Shown here: piece by piece, positions 1 to 8,876 of the stretch
Layout of the letters: each line of letters begins with the position of its first letter
How positions within the stretch are numbered: the first letter of the stretch is position 1
The notes under the pieces: generated by a model
Told to the model about the DNA's origin: nothing
Database searches by the model: none
What the model saw: the letters and a program-made list of their open reading frames with translations, nothing else
Source of the DNA: Escherichia phage PHB12
Direction: 5' to 3' (one strand)
DNA length: 64,000 nt
Sequence record: MK524178.1
Translations under genes and position numbers: made by a program

Positions 1-153
1 ACAATTCGGCACGAGCATTAATTTCTTCGAGATCTCGTTCACGTCCAGCCCAAAAACTAGGATTTAGATTACATTCGTAAAAATAATAGTCATTACCGAA
101 CATATCAAACCCATTCCAACTCTCTACCACGTACCGCTCAAAACTAATCATAA
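1..153 (-). CDS. partial ORF: the ATG at 153 opens a minus-strand frame that is still open at position 1 (first 51 codons visible)
   Basis: Manual translation MISFERYVVESWNGFDMFGNDYYFYECNLNP...; occupies the position downstream of nrdG. Confidence 0.3.
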
Positions 154-369
154 TTAAGCCTTTTTATCAAGAACAGAATTCAGTTTGTTAGTAATTTTGT
201 CCAAACGTTCATTGAATTCGCTGGAGGATAATCCCTTTTCCGGAGAAATTAAACTAATCACGAAAAATACAACAGTAAAAGGAATAAGAAAAATAGCTCC
301 AACTGCCATAAACAGAAAGAATGTTACAGTTGTAAGAAAATCAGCTAAACCTTTACGAAATTTATACAT
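154..369 (-). CDS. small hydrophobic (membrane) protein, 71 aa
   Basis: ORF track; ATG start; long hydrophobic stretch FLTTVTFFLFMAVGAIFLIPFTVVFFVISLI. Confidence 0.5.
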   Translation of the reverse strand: MYKFRKGLADFLTTVTFFLFMAVGAIFLIPFTVVFFVISLISPEKGLSSSEFNERLDKITNKLNSVLDKKA

Positions 370-483
370 ATTTTACCCTAATTGATTAACCAAGCATTGA
401 TAAGCACTAAACTATACTGCGAATAAAATTCTGGACCAAAATGAAAAATCATATCATTTATAGTATCCATAATATAATTCAAT

Positions 484-954
484 TTAATCATGTTTCCACA
501 CCCCATCGGTATTTGACCAAAGTCGCTGATTATCTGATCCTCGCCACAGTTTTTTGGTCGGAAAATTTTTCTCATACTTCCCATCAATAATAACATCAAC
601 ATATTTAAGCATTTCTAGTTGTTTAATATCTTCAAACTTATATCCTGTCCACAACCAAATGCTTTTATTGGGATAAAGATTTTTTACTGTTTGAGCAATG
701 CAATGAACAACATCTCTGTTATCAGGATAGAGAGGGTCTCCTCCAGTTATAGTTAATCCTTCTATATAATCATTATTCAAACATTCAATTAATTGTTCTA
801 GCGTTTCATCCGTGAATGGAATACCATTTCTAGCATTCCATGTTGATTTATTATAACACCCTTCACATTTATGCAAACAACCTGTAACGAAAAGAACGAC
901 CCTGCATCCAGGGCCATTCACAAAATCGCAGGGATAAAATCTATCATAATTCAT
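484..954 (-). CDS. nrdG: anaerobic ribonucleotide reductase activating protein (radical SAM)
   Basis: 156 aa with cysteine cluster CLHKCEGC; overlaps the end of nrdD as in T4. Confidence 0.9.
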   Translation of the reverse strand: MNYDRFYPCDFVNGPGCRVVLFVTGCLHKCEGCYNKSTWNARNGIPFTDETLEQLIECLNNDYIEGLTITGGDPLYPDNRDVVHCIAQTVKNLYPNKSIWLWTGYKFEDIKQLEMLKYVDVIIDGKYEKNFPTKKLWRGSDNQRLWSNTDGVWKHD

Positions 955-2768
955 TGGTGTTTAACCCTATGCATGATTTCTTTATTTTTACCGAGATTAA
1001 ATCCGCGTTCGTTCGGATTTCCAAGATAACCGCATGTTCTTCTTATGGTGTTCATCTTTTTAGGATCAGTTTCTCCACAAACTGAACAAACAAATCCGTT
1101 TTCAGTAGGAGTCATTTCATGGGTACTTCCGCATGTAAAACATTTATCTACTGGCATGTTAACACCAAAATAATCTAAATGTTGCGCAGCATAATCCCAT
1201 ACGGCCTCAAGTCCTTTTAAGTTATTTTTCATATCAGGAAGTTCAACATAAGAAATGTGTCCGCCGGTCGCAATGAAATGATATGGTGCTTCGCGAGAAA
1301 TCTTTTCAAACGGAGTAATATTTTCTTCTACCGAAACGTGGAAACTATTAGTGTACCAGCCTTTATCAGTAACATCTTTTACACTTCCATATTTCTCAGT
1401 ATCAAGTTTACAGAAGCGATAGCACAGGTTTTCAGCGGGTGTAGAATACAAGCTAAAAGCAAAACCAGTTCTTTCGGTCCACTGCTTAAGACGAGCATTC
1501 ATTTTAGTTAAAATTTCTTGTCCAATATCACGACCGACAAGAATATTCAATTCGTGAATACCAATGTATCCTAAGGACACCGAACTTCTACCGTTTTTAA
1601 ATAACTCAATTATATCATCGTCAGGTTTCAGACGAACCCCAAATGCACCTTCTTGGTAAAGAATAGGAGCAACTGTTGCTTTAACTCCTTTTAATGAACT
1701 AATTCTACACATCAATGCTTCAAAACACAGATCCATTCGTTCATTAAATAGCTCAACAAATTTCTGTTCATTGAATTGTGTTCCAATATAAGAATCTAAC
1801 GCAATACGAGGAAGATTCAGTGTTACAACACCAAGATTATTACGTCCATCAAGAATTTCATTACCAGTCGAATCTTTCCATACACTCAAGAAACTACGAC
1901 AACCCATTGGAGAAACAGGAATAGATGAACCAGTGATAGCTTTATTGTTCTTAACTGAAATAATATCAGGATACATTCTTTTGCTTGCACACTCTAGAGC
2001 AAGCTGCTTAATATCATAGTTCGGGTCGTCTTTATAAAGATTGACACCCTCTTCAACGAACATAACAAGTTTAGGGAAAATAGGAGTTATTCCATCACGA
2101 CCAAGGCCTTTAATGCGGTTTTTAAGAATTGCCTTCTGAATCATTCGTTCAGTCCAATCGGTTCCCGTACCAAATGTAATTGTTACAAAAGGCGTTTGTC
2201 CGTTTGAACTAAAGAGAGTATTTACTTCATATTCATAAGCTTGGAATGCATCGTATACGTCTTTTTCTGTTTTAGATTGGGCATAATTCAACGCATCAGC
2301 GATTTGCCATTTTTCTGCATCCTCAATATGTTTTGCATAGGTGCGTTTAACATAAGGAGAAAGTACTTTATCTACATTCGCAAAAGTCGTTCCGCCATAT
2401 TGATGGGAAGCGACCTGTGCAGTAATTTGTGCCATAATTGCAGTAGCAACACCGATCGATTTAGGCGTTTCAATTTGAGCATTACCTAGCTTAAATCCGT
2501 TCTCAAGCATTCCTTTTAAATCTACTAAACAGCAATTAGTAAACGGAAGAGCAGGAGAATAATCAATATCATGGAAATGGATAATTCCGCTTTCATGTGC
2601 TTTCATAATAAAAGACGGGACCATATTTTTGGCAATGTGCTTAGACACAATACCAGCCATAAGGTCCCGTTGAGTTGGAAAAACACGAGAATCTTTATTA
2701 GCATTCTCGTTCAAAAGATCTTTATTAGTTTTATGAATTAATCCTTCAATTTCTTTTTCAATTTTCAT
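951..2768 (-). CDS. nrdD: anaerobic ribonucleoside-triphosphate reductase (class III)
   Basis: 605 aa; C-terminal glycyl-radical motif RRTCGYLG; uninterrupted reading frame. Confidence 0.92.
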   Translation of the reverse strand: MKIEKEIEGLIHKTNKDLLNENANKDSRVFPTQRDLMAGIVSKHIAKNMVPSFIMKAHESGIIHFHDIDYSPALPFTNCCLVDLKGMLENGFKLGNAQIETPKSIGVATAIMAQITAQVASHQYGGTTFANVDKVLSPYVKRTYAKHIEDAEKWQIADALNYAQSKTEKDVYDAFQAYEYEVNTLFSSNGQTPFVTITFGTGTDWTERMIQKAILKNRIKGLGRDGITPIFPKLVMFVEEGVNLYKDDPNYDIKQLALECASKRMYPDIISVKNNKAITGSSIPVSPMGCRSFLSVWKDSTGNEILDGRNNLGVVTLNLPRIALDSYIGTQFNEQKFVELFNERMDLCFEALMCRISSLKGVKATVAPILYQEGAFGVRLKPDDDIIELFKNGRSSVSLGYIGIHELNILVGRDIGQEILTKMNARLKQWTERTGFAFSLYSTPAENLCYRFCKLDTEKYGSVKDVTDKGWYTNSFHVSVEENITPFEKISREAPYHFIATGGHISYVELPDMKNNLKGLEAVWDYAAQHLDYFGVNMPVDKCFTCGSTHEMTPTENGFVCSVCGETDPKKMNTIRRTCGYLGNPNERGFNLGKNKEIMHRVKHQ

Positions 2769-3238
2769 TTTAAACTCTTTCTAAGCTGCTTTTTGAATGA
2801 AGCTATTAATTGTGTTTTGGTATCAGATTCATTATATTCAAATCCTCTTTGAAGCATCTCAGCCATCATTTCCTCTTTACCTAGTCTTGAGAACTCTTTA
2901 GTTTTGTCTGGAACAAAATTAGGATGGATATTATTATCAGAATAATCTTGTTTCAAATAAGCAAGAAGAGCTTCAAGCCATTCTAAGTAGTCAACGTTTT
3001 GTCCTTTCAAACCGGAACGGTTGAACTTATGCTTCATTTGGCCTTCTGCTGCGTTGCACAGATTACAGAGTAACCCACGAACTCTACCTGCTTTTGGCCC
3101 GTTTAATTCGTGGTCGTGGTCAAGATGGTTACCTTGAACATCAGGGTCTAATTCACGGTGGCAAATAGGACACTTACCATTCTGTGCATCATAAAATTTT
3201 TGTTTTTCTTCTTTATATTTTGCGCCTGATAATAACAT
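2765..3238 (-). CDS. 49: endonuclease VII (Holliday junction resolvase)
   Basis: 157 aa, near-identical to T4 gp49 as recalled (CPICHRELDPDVQGNHLDHDHELNGPKAG...). Confidence 0.93.
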   Translation of the reverse strand: MLLSGAKYKEEKQKFYDAQNGKCPICHRELDPDVQGNHLDHDHELNGPKAGRVRGLLCNLCNAAEGQMKHKFNRSGLKGQNVDYLEWLEALLAYLKQDYSDNNIHPNFVPDKTKEFSRLGKEEMMAEMLQRGFEYNESDTKTQLIASFKKQLRKSLK

Positions 3239-3243
3239 GATAA

Positions 3244-3276
3244 ACCCTTACCTTAAATAGATAAGGGTATTTATAA
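3244..3276 (-). promoter_or_regulatory. late promoter TATAAATA plus a stem-loop that sequesters the gene 49 Shine-Dalgarno
   Basis: Minus-sense TATAAATA sits directly upstream of inverted repeat ACCCTTA/TAAGGGT, whose 3' arm carries the SD (AAGGTAAGGG) before the ATG at 3238. Confidence 0.6.
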
Positions 3277-3277
3277 T

Positions 3278-3448
3278 TTAGTAAACGTTATAAAAGTTAC
3301 GATGAGAACGTTTAGCTTTGCGAAGCTGACGTTTAGTAGGACGAACTGTAAATGGTTGTCCAGAGAAAAAATTCGGATCGGTTTTAATAAGCAAATACCA
3401 ATCATGCTTGCCATTTTTTAATAAACGGTACAATAATTTAACTTGCAT
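3278..3448 (-). CDS. small basic protein (about 56 aa from the first in-frame ATG)
   Basis: ORF track frame (65 aa from TTG); first in-frame ATG gives MQVKLLYRLLK...; basic C-terminal tail. Confidence 0.4.
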   Translation of the reverse strand: MQVKLLYRLLKNGKHDWYLLIKTDPNFFSGQPFTVRPTKRQLRKAKRSHRNFYNVY

Positions 3449-3576
3449 AATAATCTCTTCCCATTTCCATATCAATTAATTCATTTATTGAAGGCTCATC
3501 ATAACATGTTTCTTCGTCGTTGTAAACTGTTTCGACGTCTGGCTCAACAGTCTCCCATCGAGCCGAATACCACGGT

Positions 3577-3912
3577 TTAACCGCGGAGCTTATTGAGCTC
3601 TTCATAATAAATCCAGGATTCTAGCCCAGACGGCAAATCAGATTCAACATTCCACAGAAGCTCTTCGATGGCTTGTAGGCGATTATATTCTTCAACAGTA
3701 ATAGTAACCATTGTTTCAGGCTTTTTAACCATCATGTCATTCATCAGAATGTACAGGTCTTCACAAACAGCCGGGTCGTCCCATGTCCATATTTCAGCAT
3801 CTCGAACCAATGAAGTCGGAATCGAATTTAAAACTTCAAGCTTAGTAGGAGCGTCAGGGCCGAGAAGAGTTGCTACAAATTTATATGCTTTGGCGAAATC
3901 AATATCGTTCAT
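3577..3912 (-). CDS. hypothetical protein, 111 aa
   Basis: ORF track; acidic protein; stop overlaps the next gene. Confidence 0.55.
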   Translation of the reverse strand: MNDIDFAKAYKFVATLLGPDAPTKLEVLNSIPTSLVRDAEIWTWDDPAVCEDLYILMNDMMVKKPETMVTITVEEYNRLQAIEELLWNVESDLPSGLESWIYYEELNKLRG

Positions 3913-4172
3913 TTAAAATATTCTCGCAGTTGGTCGAATCCACCAATATGACTTCCGTCAGGAGCAAACACTTGAGGCATAGTCAATCCGACTTGTGATT
4001 CACGTCCAAGCTTAACCAGAAGCTCAGCAATTTTCTCATCATCAAAAACACCCTTTTCTGGCATAACATTAATGAATTCGAATGGCTGTTTCTTAACAGT
4101 CAGCAATCGTTTCGCATTATCGCAATAAATGCATTTATGAATAGTAGAGTCGTACCCGTACACTTTAAACAT
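3909..4172 (-). CDS. nrdC: phage thioredoxin/glutaredoxin
   Basis: MFKVYGYDSTIHKCIYCDNAKRLL... closely matches T4 NrdC as recalled; CxxC active site; start refined to the internal ATG (87 aa). Confidence 0.9.
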   Translation of the reverse strand: MFKVYGYDSTIHKCIYCDNAKRLLTVKKQPFEFINVMPEKGVFDDEKIAELLVKLGRESQVGLTMPQVFAPDGSHIGGFDQLREYFK

Positions 4173-4578
4173 TATTTTTCCTTTCATCAATTAAATATGC
4201 AACGCCAAATACAATACATGTAATAAAACCTGTGATACAGATAGAAACCAACAACACTGTACCAAAGAACCAAATCAAGTTATCTTTAGTAGTTTGTTTG
4301 ATATCCATCTCACGAATTTCTATAGCTATCGTATCACCTTTATTCAGAAGCGTATAAAACGATGGCGATACACGCCTGTCAAAAACTCGACCTTGTTCAT
4401 CTTTATAAACTGCAATAAATTCCAATTTAGAATATTTTCCTGTAGATTGTCCTGAAATTAATTCCACTACCTCTACAGGAATTACTTTAGTTTCCATGTA
4501 AGTATTCTGGCTGTTCCAAATGAATGGAATGATGGCAAAAACTAAAGCTGCAATAAAACAACGAAGGCTATATCTCAT
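4165..4578 (-). CDS. membrane protein with N- and C-terminal TM segments, 137 aa
   Basis: ORF track; hydrophobic segments at both ends flanking a soluble middle. Confidence 0.55.
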   Translation of the reverse strand: MRYSLRCFIAALVFAIIPFIWNSQNTYMETKVIPVEVVELISGQSTGKYSKLEFIAVYKDEQGRVFDRRVSPSFYTLLNKGDTIAIEIREMDIKQTTKDNLIWFFGTVLLVSICITGFITCIVFGVAYLIDERKNNV

Positions 4579-4883
4579 TATAATGTTCTCTCAAATTTGT
4601 GGAAGCATTTACGGCATTTCAATTTCAAGTTATCAGTGGTCCAGTTAACCAGTTGGACTTGGATAGTTCCACATTCCGGGCATGGATGTTTTGCTGCCGA
4701 TTTGGCAGCATTTTCACGTCGTTCAACCATTTTCATTATTTCGTTCCATGCCGGAGGAACGAACTCTTCTTCACCGTGGATTTTATCTCGCTGAACAAAT
4801 TCAATCTTTGAACTATCGTCAATAAACTTAACCAAGCCATGATTAGTGCTCATATCAATATCCTCTAAAAGACGTAGTTTCAT
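4578..4883 (-). CDS. small protein with C-terminal zinc-ribbon, 101 aa
   Basis: CPECG...CRKC cysteine pairs in the C-terminal 35 residues. Confidence 0.55.
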   Translation of the reverse strand: MKLRLLEDIDMSTNHGLVKFIDDSSKIEFVQRDKIHGEEEFVPPAWNEIMKMVERRENAAKSAAKHPCPECGTIQVQLVNWTTDNLKLKCRKCFHKFERTL

Positions 4884-5833
4884 TATAAAACCTCAATAGC
4901 ATTTCGTAAACCATCAGCTTTTGCATTCAGAGCTTTTAATGATTTAGTTTGTTCTGCAATCTGGGCTTCGACTTCTTTCAGACGAGATTTGAGATATTCG
5001 CGTTCTTCTCTTAAATTATCAACTTTTTCTACTTTAGTCTCTTTAATAGGCTTAGGTTTATACTCGTTAGGGTTCTTCAACTTAATTTGAATGCGAGAAC
5101 TGTATAACATTGAACCATTATCTTCAGTTTCATCATACATTTCTACCACGTCCATAGTCTGTAACATCATACGAAGTTTATAAGACAGCGAACGAACGGT
5201 TTTGTTGCGCTTATTAATTTCTTCGGCTTTCATGGTACCGAGATTACGTGAGTAGTAATAAGGAACCTGGATATCAATTGATAACGATGCAGCGCCATTA
5301 CCGGTTGGTTTGAATACTGCAGTAACCCAATCTTTAACATGAACTTTATTTGTACGACCATCACCGCCTGTGAATAATTTACGTGAATGTTTAAAAAGCA
5401 TATTCACTTGGTTATTGAATTCACAAGCAAATTTATCAGCAAATTTAGTTTCAGGAATGGTAGATAACCAATCAGCCAAATGAGTCTTTTTAACATCGTT
5501 AATAATAGTAAATTCAACCAAATCAGTTTTAGATGTCACAGATTTAATAAAGCTCGGCTTCATAAAGTTTTTAATGTTATCTCGAGCTACAGTAGAAGAT
5601 AATAAACGAGAACGTTTGAACCATTGAAGCAGTGTCCCTAATGAATGAGAATACGCATTCTGAGTATCTTTACAGATATGATTTTCTTGGCCTGTGTATG
5701 TACCAAAATCGCGAAGAATGCCACTTACTACAACTCGGTGTGGAACATCAAATCCTAATAAACCAGAAGCACGTTGGGCATGAACGTTAGCGATAAGACC
5801 TGCAAAATAATCAACATAATGTGAACGTGTCAT
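4883..5833 (-). CDS. hypothetical protein with C-terminal coiled coil, 316 aa
   Basis: ORF track; heptad-like tail (LREEREYLKSRLKEVEAQIAEQTKSLKALNAKADGLRNAIEVL). Confidence 0.6.
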   Translation of the reverse strand: MTRSHYVDYFAGLIANVHAQRASGLLGFDVPHRVVVSGILRDFGTYTGQENHICKDTQNAYSHSLGTLLQWFKRSRLLSSTVARDNIKNFMKPSFIKSVTSKTDLVEFTIINDVKKTHLADWLSTIPETKFADKFACEFNNQVNMLFKHSRKLFTGGDGRTNKVHVKDWVTAVFKPTGNGAASLSIDIQVPYYYSRNLGTMKAEEINKRNKTVRSLSYKLRMMLQTMDVVEMYDETEDNGSMLYSSRIQIKLKNPNEYKPKPIKETKVEKVDNLREEREYLKSRLKEVEAQIAEQTKSLKALNAKADGLRNAIEVL

Positions 5834-5895
5834 AATATTTTCCTCTCGTTAAGATAGAAAGATTATACTCCAACCATCCTTGGTTGTAAACTGAT

Positions 5896-6825
5896 TTATG
5901 ATTTTAATGCATTCATTGCATTAAAAAGTTTAGAGTATTGCAACTGGAGTTTGGTAACTACTTGTTGAGCATCACGAAGCTTAGCTTGTGCTTTGTCAAG
6001 TTCAACAGACAGTTGGTCCACAGTGGCTTTGATTTGATTATAATAGTAATCTTCGGCAGGAAGAAGACCGTTAGAGATTTCCAGTTTAGTCGACGGTGTG
6101 CCGTTAAACATAACAGGTTGTGCTGAAGCTGCATTAATCTTACCGATAGTCGGGGCGACAATAATTGACGCTTCGAACGTTGCATTTTCCTTTTTAAGAT
6201 TTTGATAGTATTCAGAGTCTTTGTGCCACCATGGCGCAGGAACCTTTTTACCAATAGATACACGAGCCTGGATAGCGATATGGCCCTTATTCTTGATAAC
6301 GTCGATAATATTAAGCTCACGAGAATAAATTGCTTTAATCTGGTGGATATTATCACCTAACACTTCCAACGCTTGGTGGAATACACGAGCAACGTTATCA
6401 TTCTTAGGTTTATACGTAAGAGTGAACTCGTTCTCACTGATAACCATGATTTCTAACTTATCGTAAGTATATTTCAAATGTTTCATGTTAATTGCTTGAG
6501 GACGAATACGAGAAGCAATGGCCATCAGATTGTTAAGGTTATTCCGGAACTGCTTAGCGAAATATTGTCCTTCACCGCCAATACAAAAATTACGAAGTTT
6601 CTGTTTGGCTAATAAACGGCTGAACTCACCATTTTTAATGAACTCTTTAACGGGTGTGTTAGTAACGCATTCAAATTGAGTAAACTTACGAGAAGTAATC
6701 CCATAATATGAACAGATTTCCTCAATCTCTTCAGGAGTCTTTACAGGCATACGGATAGGATTAGGACCTGGGGTATATGCGTTAGAGGTAAATTCTTTGA
6801 TAAGTTCTCTACGTGTAATAGCCAT
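5896..6825 (-). CDS. hypothetical protein with C-terminal coiled coil, 309 aa
   Basis: ORF track; own upstream promoter cassette; possibly a distant paralog of the 316-aa neighbour (shared YYY patch). Confidence 0.6.
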   Translation of the reverse strand: MAITRRELIKEFTSNAYTPGPNPIRMPVKTPEEIEEICSYYGITSRKFTQFECVTNTPVKEFIKNGEFSRLLAKQKLRNFCIGGEGQYFAKQFRNNLNNLMAIASRIRPQAINMKHLKYTYDKLEIMVISENEFTLTYKPKNDNVARVFHQALEVLGDNIHQIKAIYSRELNIIDVIKNKGHIAIQARVSIGKKVPAPWWHKDSEYYQNLKKENATFEASIIVAPTIGKINAASAQPVMFNGTPSTKLEISNGLLPAEDYYYNQIKATVDQLSVELDKAQAKLRDAQQVVTKLQLQYSKLFNAMNALKS

Positions 6826-6880
6826 TTTATATTCCTCATGTTGAAAAATTTATTATACTCCAACCATCCTTGGTTGTACA

Positions 6881-7876
6881 TCATTCCTTAAGAAGTTTTA
6901 CTACTTGAATAAGATTAGCTCGTTCTGTTTTATTTTTACTGTTTAAGCCTGCTAATCGTGAGATTTCATCATCAGTCTGTTGAATAGTTACATTAAGTTC
7001 GCTAATCAAAGCTTCAAAGTATTTGATTTGCTCAGCATGTTTTGATTCAAATTTCTGAACCGGAATAACGTCCTGGTTTAGTTCATCAATAAGGTCTTTA
7101 AGAGCATCTTCTTGATTGATATCATATTCAACTTCTTTTATTTCTTCAACGAGCTCGTCTTTATATCTAACGTCTTTTAGTCCTGGTGATGGTCCTGAAA
7201 TCTCTTCTTTAAGAGTACAAACATATCCAATACGGTATCCAATGCCGTCTCGCTTGATATCAACTTCGTCAATAAATCCACAATGTTTAAGACCAGAGCC
7301 GATTAGGTCAAAATATCCTTGACGTCGTCCTTCAAACGTTACACGAACTACTAAGACAGTTTTACCTGCAACCTTTTGAAGCTCACATTTATAAAAGTCT
7401 GTTGAACCTGAATAACGTGGATGAGTTTTAAAGTTCATCTGACGATCTAGGCCCATTTGTAAGCGTGCTGATACGGCCATAAAACGTGTTTGGTTCTCGT
7501 TAAGATGAGCAACAATCCATTTCAAAGGCATTTTACACTGTTCACGACCGAACAAATCAGTACGTCCTAGATTACGCAGGATGTTGTTAGAGTTAATCAT
7601 CGACAGAACGTTAAGTTTATTCAGCGCGCTGAAGATTCCATCGGCCATTGATTTTCCGTAACCTTTACACGCTTTAATAAGCGCTCGCGGTAGATTAGTA
7701 TAAATTTCAGACGGCATATGAAAATCAAATTTACTAGTCAGTAATTGATGAACTTGGATAGCAATTTGCTCATAATTAAGTGCTCTGCGATCATTATGGT
7801 CTTTAAACCACACTTTAATCTGTGAAGCACATAAACCGTTAATTTCATGTTTTACCGCATCAGATGTAATGCTCAT
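6881..7876 (-). CDS. hypothetical protein with C-terminal coiled coil, 331 aa
   Basis: ORF track; acidic linker followed by a coiled-coil tail. Confidence 0.6.
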   Translation of the reverse strand: MSITSDAVKHEINGLCASQIKVWFKDHNDRRALNYEQIAIQVHQLLTSKFDFHMPSEIYTNLPRALIKACKGYGKSMADGIFSALNKLNVLSMINSNNILRNLGRTDLFGREQCKMPLKWIVAHLNENQTRFMAVSARLQMGLDRQMNFKTHPRYSGSTDFYKCELQKVAGKTVLVVRVTFEGRRQGYFDLIGSGLKHCGFIDEVDIKRDGIGYRIGYVCTLKEEISGPSPGLKDVRYKDELVEEIKEVEYDINQEDALKDLIDELNQDVIPVQKFESKHAEQIKYFEALISELNVTIQQTDDEISRLAGLNSKNKTERANLIQVVKLLKE

Positions 7877-7938
7877 AACTATTTCCTCAGATTGAATTGG
7901 AACTCAAAACCATTATAACCCGTCCTTGGGTAAAGCGT

Positions 7939-8466
7939 TTATGCGTGAACCGTCTTTAAACGTTCTTCAAATTTCCGAAGAGTACTAATACGTTCTGCTT
8001 TCTGTTTTGTATAGTTTGCAATACGTTCTGAAGTGAGAGCGTATCGTTCGTTTACTGTTTCTTTCATGAAGTCAGGGATTTCACGAGAAGCTTTAATTTC
8101 ATCAAACTTATCGAGTACTGCCTGGTCTTCAGCGATTAAATTTTCGTACATCTCGATATCTTTCTTGATAAACTCGATATCTTCCTGGGTTACTTTGGAT
8201 AAACGAGATGCTTTATCCTTTTTGTACTGCTCGTTAGTTTCACGAGACCAGAATAATGTACGTTTTTTGTTAGTGTTTTTGTAGACTTCCACAATTCCAA
8301 CTGAATCGATGATAGCAATCCAATTCCAGTGAGATTTGAAAATCTGACCTCCGTCCACGGTAATCTCGTTACCATAAGCAACGTCATTAAAGAACTTGCT
8401 TTGTGCTTCAGATTTAAATTTACCGTCGTTATAATTTACCAGGTTGAAAATATCTTTAGCGTTCAT
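7939..8466 (-). CDS. hypothetical protein, 175 aa
   Basis: ORF track; charged helical C-terminal half. Confidence 0.55.
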   Translation of the reverse strand: MNAKDIFNLVNYNDGKFKSEAQSKFFNDVAYGNEITVDGGQIFKSHWNWIAIIDSVGIVEVYKNTNKKRTLFWSRETNEQYKKDKASRLSKVTQEDIEFIKKDIEMYENLIAEDQAVLDKFDEIKASREIPDFMKETVNERYALTSERIANYTKQKAERISTLRKFEERLKTVHA

Positions 8467-8484
8467 GTTTTACCTCCAGTAGTT

Positions 8485-8522
8485 GATAGGTCTATAATAA
8501 CATAACCATAGACCTTGTAAAC
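8485..8522 (-). promoter_or_regulatory. early promoter with embedded palindrome (PeSL-type cassette)
   Basis: Minus-sense GTTTAC, 17-nt spacer, TATTAT; inverted repeat GGTCTAT/ATAGACC spans the -10 region. Confidence 0.6.
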
Positions 8523-8524
8523 AA

Positions 8525-8866
8525 CTAAAAGAAACTTTTTTCGGTATTTTTTCCACTGAACCAAGCGGATTGGGTAGTATTTTTCCGTTGGTGTTCGATA
8601 CGAATGCGATATTCATTCCTGATGGCGCAGAGTTCACCTCGGAAGTCGCCTGCCAACTTTACCTGCTTTCGGTCTAGATTTATTAAGGCCTGAGTCTTCG
8701 CGGCCAAGAGCAGTCTCTTGTAGTCTCCTTCTTCACAATCGGTTTTATAAACTCTATTGGTATATCCGTTGATAACTTCTTTATCATAGTCCTCGACGGA
8801 TTGTTTCATAGCTTTGGAAAAAGTCTGACCTGCGTTATAAAGATTGTAAATAAATTGTTCAAACAT
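8525..8866 (-). CDS. hypothetical protein, 113 aa
   Basis: ORF track. Confidence 0.5.
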   Translation of the reverse strand: MFEQFIYNLYNAGQTFSKAMKQSVEDYDKEVINGYTNRVYKTDCEEGDYKRLLLAAKTQALINLDRKQVKLAGDFRGELCAIRNEYRIRIEHQRKNTTQSAWFSGKNTEKSFF

Positions 8867-8876
8867 AATTTCACCT

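Noticed and set aside
185-385. Plus-strand ORFs embedded antisense in minus-strand genes across the early region (for example 185-385, 1257-1511, 2241-2489, 9445-9801, 11048-11383, 15255-15548, 19902-20186, 27613-28131, 33430-33651).
   Set aside because: Each lies entirely within a better-supported gene on the other strand, lacks a ribosome-binding site in a sensible position and has low-complexity composition typical of antisense frames in AT-rich DNA.
951-2768. Group I intron or intein in nrdD.
   Set aside because: The reading frame is continuous at 605 aa with the glycyl-radical motif intact and no inserted ORF.
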